Below, in pieces: positions 20,871 through 28,790 of a stretch of DNA of 64,000 nt. This DNA comes from Planctomycetota bacterium (GTDB lineage Bacteria; Planctomycetota; PLA2; JAEUHO01), in assembly GCA_965222115.1 (NCBI GenBank), contig CBDCTJ010000001.1, forward strand, positions 576,001 through 640,000, written 5' to 3'. Made by a program: the position numbers and the translations under genes. Every line of letters starts with the position of its first letter. Position 1 is the stretch's first letter. The notes below the pieces were generated by a model that ran no database searches, was not told the origin of the DNA, and worked only from the letters and a program-made list of their open reading frames with translations.

Positions 20871-22403
20871 TTAGTCCCGCGCAATGCCATCTGCGTCGTA
20901 GCGAATAAGAAGAAGGTCGTCGCGCTGAAATTCAGAGTCAAAGATCTGCTCGTTGGGCGTGCCCAAGTTCACCGTGAAACTCTCGTAAAACGTTCCGCCA
21001 ATCACAAAGCTGCCGTCGTCGAACGCCGCAATGTCGCCCCAGGGCGATGTGGAGCCAATGCCTCCGTCGCGGCGAGCCCAAATGAGCGCGCCGGACGCGT
21101 CGAACTTGGCAATGAGGTAGTCGTTGCGCTCAAATGCAGCAAGGTGCAACTCGTCATGGCTATCGGGGTTAATCGTCACGACACCGGGTCCCTCGCCCAG
21201 CACAATGAAGGAGCCATCGCCCAAGGCAGCGATGCCAAGTGAATTCAAGAACGTGTCGACACGATGCTCGAGGTATTTGGCCCAACGCACACCACCATCC
21301 ACGTCGAAACACGCGATAAATGAGTTTGCATCACTCTGACTGGTCAATGTCATTGCATCGGGTTGCCCGACGTTGAGCGTCATTGCGCCAGCGTTAAACG
21401 TCCCAAACACAGCCACCGCTCCATTGGCTAGCACCGTAGCCTCGCGTAAGAACTCTCGATTGGTGCCCGTCGCGTGGCGGGCCCAACGGACCGCCCCATT
21501 TGCATCCAATCGCGCAATGTACCCGTCATCAATTCCGTCCGGCACAAAGACCTGCTCGCGTGGCGTCCCACTGGCAAACGTCGTTTCCTCTGTAAACGTC
21601 CCGGTCACAATCAACTCGTTGCCCGGTAGGGCGGCGATGCCCATCGCCACGCCAAATCCCGATCCGATACCGGGCGTCGTGGCGTATATGAGGGAGCCGT
21701 CGGACGCATAGCGTGCCACGAAATTCGTTACCACGGCCGTCGCCACCGAAGAAAGTGTGGTTTCGCTCGCTTCGCCTTCCCCAAATGTGGCCTCGGGGTC
21801 AATGTATCCGCAGAAAGCCGCCGATCCGTCGGCGAGCGCGCATGCAGAGTTTATGCCGGCACGATATCCACGTATGACGCGCACCCACAGCAACTCACCG
21901 GTCGCGGAGAACTTGGCGGCGAACGTGCTTTCCGTTTCATCAAACACAAAGGCATTGGGCTGGAGCGGGGCGACCTCGGTGCGGCCGGAGGCCGTTCCCA
22001 TCACCATACAGGCACCATCGGGAAGCGAAACGACGGCGCTGAGCCGCGCGAAATCGTCGCTCTCAACCGTGCACACCCACCGAAGACGGCCGTCGGCTTC
22101 GTAGCGACAACAAAATCCGGTTCCCGTGCCGGCTCCCATGCGCGTCGTTTCACCGCTACGTCCCGGCGCAAACGTGTGCGTATTCTCGAAGGAGCCGCAG
22201 GTTGACATGGATCCATCACTGTGAATCGCAACATCGTCGGTGTAGTCAAATCCCGACCCGGTTTCGATGGAAATGAAGGACGAGGAGGCCAGTTCTAGGT
22301 CGGCGTCCTCGCCTCCACCACCGCCTCCGCCACAACCCACCATCAACAGACTGATGGCACAGATGCCTACAATGAGTCTCCGATCGCTGGTTTGCCTGGA
22401 CAT
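20871..22403 (-). CDS. Lipoprotein with beta-propeller-type repeats
   Basis: Lipobox MVGC plus poly-Gly; repeated (F/Y)IA(R/K)(Y/F)DxxGxLxW units. Confidence 0.8.
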   Translation of the reverse strand: MSRQTSDRRLIVGICAISLLMVGCGGGGGGGEDADLELASSSFISIETGSGFDYTDDVAIHSDGSMSTCGSFENTHTFAPGRSGETTRMGAGTGTGFCCRYEADGRLRWVCTVESDDFARLSAVVSLPDGACMVMGTASGRTEVAPLQPNAFVFDETESTFAAKFSATGELLWVRVIRGYRAGINSACALADGSAAFCGYIDPEATFGEGEASETTLSSVATAVVTNFVARYASDGSLIYATTPGIGSGFGVAMGIAALPGNELIVTGTFTEETTFASGTPREQVFVPDGIDDGYIARLDANGAVRWARHATGTNREFLREATVLANGAVAVFGTFNAGAMTLNVGQPDAMTLTSQSDANSFIACFDVDGGVRWAKYLEHRVDTFLNSLGIAALGDGSFIVLGEGPGVVTINPDSHDELHLAAFERNDYLIAKFDASGALIWARRDGGIGSTSPWGDIAAFDDGSFVIGGTFYESFTVNLGTPNEQIFDSEFQRDDLLLIRYDADGIARD

Positions 22404-22620
22404 CTACTACTCCTGAACTAGGTCTCGAAGTGCTAAGGCGTAGATGCCATGTCGGCTTGACCGCAAAATCTGGAATTTCCGAGCGATGGTGGCTTTGCCT
22501 ACCGACTTAGGGCTCCCCCAGGAGGCCATCAAGCAACGTGTGGACGCGCTTTGAGTCCCCGTGGAACCTCAATCGACGTCGAACGGCGTAGCTGTACATC
22601 TCCAGACGTCGCTAGAGGTT

Positions 22621-22917
22621 CTAATATTCCTCGACCCGAATGTCGTCTTGCGCTGCGCGTCGATAGGAGCGCTGCTTTAACGAGGCACCGGTAAAGAACA
22701 CGCACACGCCAAGCACCAACAACCCAAATGCGTATAACGCCAGGCTCCAGCCAAACCACCCAACCAGCGCCCCCACGATAGACACGCAACCCGCAGCGAT
22801 GGCCAGCATCGCCATGAGAATCCCAATGTAATAGAGGCAGTCGCCTAGAAACCACGTGCGCGCCGCGGGATGATTGCGCCGACGCAGTTCTTTATAGAAC
22901 GGCATGTCCATTGACAT
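22621..22917 (-). CDS. Small 2-TM membrane protein
   Basis: 98-aa ORF with two hydrophobic helices. Confidence 0.6.
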   Translation of the reverse strand: MSMDMPFYKELRRRNHPAARTWFLGDCLYYIGILMAMLAIAAGCVSIVGALVGWFGWSLALYAFGLLVLGVCVFFTGASLKQRSYRRAAQDDIRVEEY

Positions 22918-23049
22918 GGATGCATGATACAGCGTCTCGAGGCAGCAGATTCTACCGTTCGCGGATTCGCTTCCAAGTTGCCAGGCGAATCGCCATGCCG
23001 CTCACCATCGCTCGTGGTTGCCGGCAACTAAAGGGCGCCGCCCACCACC

Positions 23050-23115
23050 GACGACGTGCGAGTCGATGTTCAAGCTCGGCGAGACTCTCCACGAAATGCT
23101 CACCGGCCATCTACT
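23050..23115 (+). pseudogene. Possible Ser/Thr kinase fragment
   Basis: FKLGETLHEMLTGH resembles kinase subdomain IX (DVFSLGxxLYEMLTG). Confidence 0.3.
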
Positions 23116-23220
23116 GCTGGGCAGGGTGGGCGTTTCCAGCCGATACGCGAATTCTCTAGCGGCAATGAAATCGATAGCTTCGGTTTCCTACATAGCACGT
23201 GAACCCCTTGGAGAATCCCC

Positions 23221-23352
23221 ATGAAGGTCCTCGCGTTATTGCTGATTTCACTCTCGCTTACCGCGTGCGGTGGCGGTGGCGGCGGGTCTGAGCCAGCCAG
23301 CGTACCAAACCACTGGGATCAAATGGTGTGGGATCAAGGGTTATGGGAGTAG
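23221..23352 (+). CDS. 43-aa lipoprotein with a Trp-repeat C-terminus (not in the ORF track)
   Basis: GGAGA RBS; MKVLALLLISLSLTACGGGGGGSEPASVPNHWDQMVWDQGLWE*. Confidence 0.75.
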   Translation: MKVLALLLISLSLTACGGGGGGSEPASVPNHWDQMVWDQGLWE

Positions 23353-23407
23353 TTGGCAGCGGACCTGCGACTACGTCCTCGAACTCGACTCAAGTTGGAG
23401 AATCACG

Positions 23408-24034
23408 ATGCGACATTCGAAATATGTAGCGTGGAGCGCAATGCTCCTTCCGGTGGCACTGGTGTGCGCCGGTCTCGTCTATGCAAGTTCGGTCACTACG
23501 CCAAACACGTTCGTTGGGGGCACGGCAGTCGTTGCCGCAGAAGTAAACGCAAACTTCTCGGCGCATGCAGCCGCCATCAATGATAACGATGCGCGACTCA
23601 GCACGTTGGAATCAACCGCAATCACTCAGTTTCGGCGCCAACTTCACAGCTTTGATACGGAGTCCGCCGTATTTACCAATTCGCTAGGTGTTGCCCGACG
23701 GGCAAATCTGATGCGTGTCACTAAACATCATGATGACACGAAGTTTGAACTGGTATACGACGGCGAGTTCTCGCTTACAGAGAACAGCTCCGCCACGTTT
23801 TCTCTTGCGTTTGGACTGGATGACTTCAACCCCGGTAGCTTTCCGGCGCAGATCGAACGAATCTACGATGGTGCGCTGTTTGGAGAAGGCAACTTTCGCA
23901 CCATTTACGACGGGCTACCTGCTGGCGAGTACACCGTCACCGTATGGGGTAGGGCGCACGGAGGCACCGCCACTGGACTCACGCTCTCTCCTCGCAATTC
24001 AAGCGAAACGTTCTTTATCAAAGAGTATCGATAA
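23408..24034 (+). CDS. Exported protein with a fibre-like N-terminal motif
   Basis: GGAGA RBS, signal peptide, PNTFVGGTAVVAAEVNANF plus short coiled coil and beta-rich head. Confidence 0.7.
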   Translation: MRHSKYVAWSAMLLPVALVCAGLVYASSVTTPNTFVGGTAVVAAEVNANFSAHAAAINDNDARLSTLESTAITQFRRQLHSFDTESAVFTNSLGVARRANLMRVTKHHDDTKFELVYDGEFSLTENSSATFSLAFGLDDFNPGSFPAQIERIYDGALFGEGNFRTIYDGLPAGEYTVTVWGRAHGGTATGLTLSPRNSSETFFIKEYR

Positions 24035-24037
24035 CAC

Positions 24038-24087
24038 GGATGCCGAGCCAGATGAGCTACCGGCCTGTTCATCTCATTTTGGTATCT
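24038..24087. repeat. REP-like hairpin bounded by the RGATRCCRAG motif
   Basis: GGATGCCGAG pairs with TTTGGTATCT; inner AGATGAGC/GTTCATCT stem. Confidence 0.6.
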
Positions 24088-24145
24088 TCGGTTTCCAACA
24101 AAACCGCTTGACAGGGCTAACCGTTTAGAGATGACTCGGTATCTT

Positions 24146-24433
24146 CTATGGTGCTTTGCGAATTCCAGCCCTTTGTTCATAGGAACGAAGCTCGCGCTCT
24201 AGTGTATGGGCAGTTCCAAGCTCTATTACGGTACCGTCGCTCGCCATTACGAGCAGAGGCCCGAGACCCAAGATACCTTGCAATTCGTCGCCAGTTTCTA
24301 CAGCGACCTTGGAATTGAAGCAGAACACCCACCCGTAGCTTGTCGGGTGCACGTAGGTTAGTGCCAACGGTATTCTCGTGAGAGAACTCGCGTGCTCTTC
24401 GGCCAGACTCTGGGCTTTGATGCGTGAAATCAT
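24146..24433 (-). CDS. YrhB/Imm35-like immunity protein
   Basis: YGWVFCFNS...LGLGPLLVMASDG...LGTA pattern; follows a Tox-PL-like tip. Confidence 0.75.
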   Translation of the reverse strand: MISRIKAQSLAEEHASSLTRIPLALTYVHPTSYGWVFCFNSKVAVETGDELQGILGLGPLLVMASDGTVIELGTAHTLERELRSYEQRAGIRKAP

Positions 24434-24441
24434 AAATTCTC

Positions 24442-24522
24442 CTAATTCGTTCTAGCGTACGAAATCCTGGCGAAACCGCGAAGATCAGCGCCTTTGGGCG
24501 ATTGCCCGTCAAGGTAGCGCTG
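24442..24522 (-). pseudogene. C-terminal remnant of a papain-fold toxin (Tox-PL-like)
   Basis: QRYLDGQSPKGADLRGFARISYARTN* directly upstream of the YrhB-like gene. Confidence 0.6.
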
Positions 24523-24537
24523 ACTCGGTATCTCCGC

Positions 24538-24765
24538 CTACCGAGGGAGCCACGATGCCTTGAGTATGCGTTCGCTGGCGTCCTCGATTTCGATTCTAGC
24601 GTTCATTCCTCGCGCATTCGTATTCGTGTGGACTTCCCAGATGATCGGACCAAAGAACAGCCAACGTCGCCGTCGCTTCACACGTACGGGCTCCTTCCAT
24701 AACCAACCACGTCGTTCGATCTCAACCCTAGCAATCACTTCTGCACGAACTCGATCTATTGACAT
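24538..24765 (-). CDS. Hypothetical small protein (possible immunity)
   Basis: GAGGAG RBS, 75 aa, inside the cassette array. Confidence 0.55.
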   Translation of the reverse strand: MSIDRVRAEVIARVEIERRGWLWKEPVRVKRRRRWLFFGPIIWEVHTNTNARGMNARIEIEDASERILKASWLPR

Positions 24766-24776
24766 AGCCGTGCTCC

Positions 24777-24986
24777 TCACTCAGCCGAGACGGCGTATTT
24801 GACGTCACCCACGATGATCATCGCCCCAGTCGCCTCACCGACAACGCGCCTCAGCGACACGTACGAAGTCGGTCTTCTTAGCGGGAATCGTATCGCATCG
24901 GGAAGACCCTTGATGCCGCACGCCCGCGGTTGCGCATCCGCCTCTGCTAGGACCTCCTCGAGATAGCGATACAAGTGCGAGCGCTG
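24777..24986 (-). pseudogene. 5'-truncated gene fragment
   Basis: Open frame without a good start, cut at AGATATCAAG (24987-24996). Confidence 0.35.
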
Positions 24987-24991
24987 AGATA

Positions 24992-25147
24992 TCAAGAGAA
25001 TCGATCGCCTAGGTCGATGCCAATTGTCTCGATGATGCGTTTATGCATGCTGGTAGTTCCTCCTGGGCCGTAGAACCCGTTGTTTATTTGCAGCACGATT
25101 TACCGTGACAGCGTGACAGGGGAACTACCGGCCTTTTCACCCCATCT
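24992..25147 (-). mobile_element. IS110-family left end and first codons of the transposase
   Basis: AGGAGG RBS, MHKRIIETIGIDLGDRFS* (IS110 RuvC-like first Asp motif); leader hairpin GGTAGTTCC/GGAACTACC. Confidence 0.65.
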
Positions 25148-25155
25148 CGGTATCT

Positions 25156-25485
25156 TCATCTTGACTTCGAAATTTCGGCAGCCAACTTGTAGGCGAGGCT
25201 GTAGTACATTTCATAATATGGAGAGTCGTTTGGCACATATTCAATCGCTTCGAGACTAACGATCAATCCAGTAGAAGCTCGAAAATCCCTTATGGCCTTG
25301 GTAACCGCCTCCAAAACGCGCGCTGGTTCGACGCTAGACGAGTTATCCTCACGCACCCTAGCTAGCGGAATCAACCTCGGTGGCGAGTCGTTTTCACCCA
25401 ACGCGGGCACTAGGCCGAGGAGAACATGTCGCAACCCGCTGTCAAACATTGCGCGAAATGAGTTACCGCTACGATAAATCTTCAT
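25156..25485 (-). CDS. Hypothetical protein (possible orphan immunity)
   Basis: GGAGG RBS with TAATG overlap to a vestigial upstream stop; bounded by the motif on both sides. Confidence 0.6.
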   Translation of the reverse strand: MKIYRSGNSFRAMFDSGLRHVLLGLVPALGENDSPPRLIPLARVREDNSSSVEPARVLEAVTKAIRDFRASTGLIVSLEAIEYVPNDSPYYEMYYSLAYKLAAEISKSR

Positions 25486-25525
25486 TACTTGCCCTCCAGC
25501 GGATACCAAGCCGCGTATCCTTCAC

Positions 25526-26395
25526 GATACCAAGCCGCGTATTTTCCCACCAACTTCGTGACCTATGCCCCGCACCACATGATGCGGATCTAACAGCTTC
25601 AATGTCCGCGCAAATTGATCCTGCCGCTACGCGAAAGTCTTCTCTATGGCTATTGTCAAGAGTTCAGATGCGTGCAATGCGTAGTTCGAATGTTGCTCGA
25701 TGAGTTTGTGATGGAGTGCGCGAAGACGCCCGACTGTGCTTGTGCTCGCATCAGTCCATCTTGATGCAGCTGCGATTACGAAGCGAGATCGACCGAGCAT
25801 CCCATCGCGTCGATTTGGTCTGTTGAACCAGCGCGTGTATGCATTTCCAATGCGCATCATCGCATAGGACAGCGTTCCCTCGTCCGTACGCGCCATCAAG
25901 TGATAGTGAGAGCCAAGTAAACAGAACGCCTCTGGCCGAATCTCGTCACGACGCCGCGCACACGCGAGGAATGCTTGGAACTGACGACGATCTCGCGGTC
26001 CCGCGAACATCAAACGCTTGCTAATCCCTCGCATATAGATGTGATGACGAACACCCGGACCGTCGAATCGATTGCGCTTGCCCATATACGTAACTACGCG
26101 CAGCGCGCGAAATGGTCACACGTACGGGCGGTGTCAGGCTCTTGCGGTCAGCGCGGTGAGTCGAAAGTCACGAAGTTGGTGGGAAAAAACGCGGCTTCTA
26201 TGAAAAGGCCTTGCATGTCAAGTGCGAAGCCGCGTCGGCGAGCGCATTTTCCGCGTTGTATATGTGCACATCGGCCCCTTGAGTACGCAACTTACCCTTA
26301 TCGCCCTTGCCTTTTTGGCAGCGGATCGGAGCGAATCAAATTGCCAGCCATCGTCACTGGCGCCAGAAAACACGTCCCATTCAGGCTTGGTATCT
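25526..26395. mobile_element. Non-autonomous RAYT element, copy 1
   Basis: Terminal IR GATACCAAGCC/GGCTTGGTATC; 31-bp IR 25532-25562/26167-26197 (30/31) around the transposase. Confidence 0.75.
25627..26085 (-). pseudogene. REP-associated tyrosine transposase (Y1/HUH), internally deleted
   Basis: HHIYMRG, AFCLLGSHYHL (HUH), YTRWFN..RRDG; catalytic YxxxNP region absent. Confidence 0.8.
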
Positions 26396-26398
26396 GTT

Positions 26399-26713
26399 TC
26401 ATCCTGTGCGTAGGTGCCTCACTTGCCGCAGGCGACTAAGAGTATCGCGCAGAGCCGCTGCCCTTTGCGTCTCGTTCACATACAGGAGAAACTTTGCGTT
26501 CTGATGACTTGGCTCCGTCCACTCGTCCTCGAAGGAGTCGTAGTTTGGCTGGAGCACAAAGTGCTCTCCCCCAGATGTTCCTGCTCGATAATAGTCGCCG
26601 ACCCATGAACTTTCATGGAGACTCATCGCGAGTCCGAGCCCCTGCTCGACAATCACCCTAGCGTCCTCAAGAGTGGATGCAGTGATACCATAGAGTGAGT
26701 AGTTGGTGTTCAT
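26399..26713 (-). CDS. Putative immunity protein
   Basis: ATGA-coupled to the toxin tip; HESSWVGDYYR motif. Confidence 0.7.
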   Translation of the reverse strand: MNTNYSLYGITASTLEDARVIVEQGLGLAMSLHESSWVGDYYRAGTSGGEHFVLQPNYDSFEDEWTEPSHQNAKFLLYVNETQRAAALRDTLSRLRQVRHLRTG

Positions 26714-26984
26714 CGGACTCCAATGCTAGGTGATCGTGCCGCAGCCTGGGCCGCAACTCGGTAAACCATGAAATTTACGGGTCGGCCAGCCATCTTCTCG
26801 AGTGATCGCTGTAGACTACTCAGGCCAAGCGACTGAATTTCGACGGGGAGTAGCGGCCCAGTCCGCGTTCCCTTGGACCGTAGGCCAACCCCAAGCCTCG
26901 CGGCAGTGTCAAACAGCGACTCGCTCGCGAGGGCGATGTCGAAGTCGCTGACTCGGCCCACATCGAAGGGCTCGTGCGGAGGCC
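26710..26984 (-). pseudogene. Orphan polymorphic-toxin C-terminal fragment
   Basis: PFDVGRVSDFDIALAS...GLRSKGTRTGPL...GRPVNFMVY; begins at the RAYT element edge. Confidence 0.65.
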
Positions 26985-27086
26985 AGATACCAAGCCGCGT
27001 TTTTTCCCACCAACTTCGTGACCTATGTCCCGCACCACATGATGCGGATCTAACAGCCTCAATGTCCGCGCAAATTGATCCTGCCG

Positions 27087-27569
27087 CTACGCGAAAGTCT
27101 TCTCTATGGCTATTGTCAAGAGTTCGGATGCACGCAGTGCGAAGTTCGAATGTTGCTCGATGAGCTTGTGATGGAGTGCGCGAAGACGCCCGACGGTGCT
27201 TGTGCTCGCATCAGTCCATCTTGATGCCGCTGCGATTGAAAGCCCGGCATAGCTGCACAACATTCCGATTCGAAGTACTTGCCATGCATCGCGTCGATTT
27301 CGCCTGTTGAACCAGCGCGTGTATGCATTTCCAATGCGCATCATCGCATAGGACAACGTTCCCTCGTCCGTACGCGCCATCAAGTGATAGTGAGAGCCAA
27401 GTAAACAGAACGCCTCTGGCCGAATCTCGTCACGACGCCGCGCACACGCGAGGAATGCTCGGAACTGACGACGATCTCGCGGTCCCGCGGACATCAAACG
27501 CTTGCTAATCCCACGCATATAGATGTGATGACGAACACCCGGACCGTCGAATCGATTGCGCGTGCCCAT
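27087..27569 (-). pseudogene. REP-associated tyrosine transposase, internally deleted (different breakpoint)
   Basis: Near-identical N- and C-termini to copy 1 with a different middle. Confidence 0.8.
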
Positions 27570-27675
27570 ATACGTGACTACGCGCAGCGCCCGATATGGT
27601 CACACGTACGAGGCGGTGTCAGACTCTTGCGGCTGGCGCGGTGAGTCGAAAATCACGAAGTTGGTGGGAAAAAAC

Positions 27676-27916
27676 GGCTCTACTGCTCTTTGTGTGGGTC
27701 GTGATTTGGTGATTTCTTGTCCTGCCGCCCCTAAGAGGGCGCGGACGGCAGGAAAAGAAATGATGTTGGTGAGATTGGGCTGTCACAAACTTGTGGGGCC
27801 GTGCGAACCCAGCTACTGAGCCGTTCAAAGGCGCAATTTTTCATGTTGTTGGCGTGTAGTGGCCGCCTCGGATCCAATACGATGCTTCCGTGACCCACAT
27901 GAAGAGCAGGAGACTC
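27676..27916. mobile_element. MITE-like insertion, probably ISL3-derived
   Basis: Imperfect TIR GGCTCTACTGCTCTTTGTGTGGGTC / GACCCACATGAAGAGCAGGAGACTC; 8-bp duplication GAAAAAAC; absent from copy 1. Confidence 0.6.
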
Positions 27917-28137
27917 GAAAAAACGCGGCTTCTATGAAAAGGCCTAGCATGTCAAGTGCGAAGCCGCGCCGGCGAGCGCATTTTCCGCGTTGTATATGTG
28001 CACATCGGCCCCTTGAGTACGCAACTTACCCTTATCGCCCTTGCCTTTTTGGCAGCGGATCGGAGCGAATCAGATTGCCAGCCATCGTCACTGGCGCCAG
28101 AGAACACGTCCCATTCAGGCTTGGTATCTCGGTATCT

Positions 28138-28335
28138 CCGGTAGTACGTGTTGGGCGTCACGCCCAGCTGCTTGCAAATCAACCCTACTTTCGTGCCTTT
28201 TAGCTCAATCTTTGCCTGTCTCAGCATCCCAATAATCTGCTCCGTCGAGTACCGCTTCCTTGCCATCTGTTTGCTCCTGATCGAAAAGGTGTATCCGAAC
28301 AAGTGGCACGCTCTGAGGGGGGGGGGGGCAGGTCA
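28138..28335 (-). mobile_element. IS3-family remnant (left IR plus start of orfA)
   Basis: TGACCTGCCCC end; MARKRYSTEQIIGMLRQA...ICKQLGVTPNTYYR truncated at AGATACCGAG. Confidence 0.75.
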
Positions 28336-28360
28336 CGCGTTAAGAGATGAATCGATATCT

Positions 28361-28786
28361 TTACTCCTGCCACGAGGAGACATCACACAACTCCAAATTG
28401 AAATTCTCTAAAATTCTTAACAGCCGCTGAGACACTATCAGCTCATGCGAAGAATCGACGCCAGCGTCATCATGCCCGGACTCTCCAGTGATAAACAACC
28501 TTCTAAATTTCGGAACTACCAAATCAGGATCGAACTCAGATTGATCTCTATGGACTGTTGTTTTCATGGATCCTATAGAATACCCAGTCAAGTTCGCGTC
28601 CTTAAGTGCGTCGCTCAATCGCGGTGTAACCGCATAACAAGGAAAGCACTCCACCAAATCGTCGCCAGACCAGTTAGAGATTTCCAGATGAAATGCACTC
28701 ACGTCTGGAGGATGAATCGATGTGTCAAGTTGCGACATCACTCCCAATTCACCTGGCACGTCTGGCGTAAGACGGAAGAAATTCAT
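28361..28786 (-). CDS. Putative cognate immunity protein
   Basis: 4 nt after the toxin stop; PDVPGELG...DTSIHPP...WSGDDLVECFPCYAVT pattern recalled from immunity genes beside nuclease toxins. Confidence 0.7.
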   Translation of the reverse strand: MNFFRLTPDVPGELGVMSQLDTSIHPPDVSAFHLEISNWSGDDLVECFPCYAVTPRLSDALKDANLTGYSIGSMKTTVHRDQSEFDPDLVVPKFRRLFITGESGHDDAGVDSSHELIVSQRLLRILENFNLELCDVSSWQE

Positions 28787-28790
28787 AGGA

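Larger units (their letters stand above)
26985..28129. mobile_element. Non-autonomous RAYT element, copy 2 (with a 241-bp insertion)
   Basis: AGATACCAAGCC...GGCTTGGTATCT termini; near-identical to copy 1. Confidence 0.75.

Noticed and set aside
24038-28137. CRISPR array or classical integron attC array
   Set aside because: Repeats are ~10 bp, irregularly spaced and in both orientations; no cas or intI gene; no RYYYAAC/GTTRRRY boxes recognised.
28317-28328. Poly-G tract as a phase-variation switch
   Set aside because: Lies within the IS3 remnant end, not in a functional gene.
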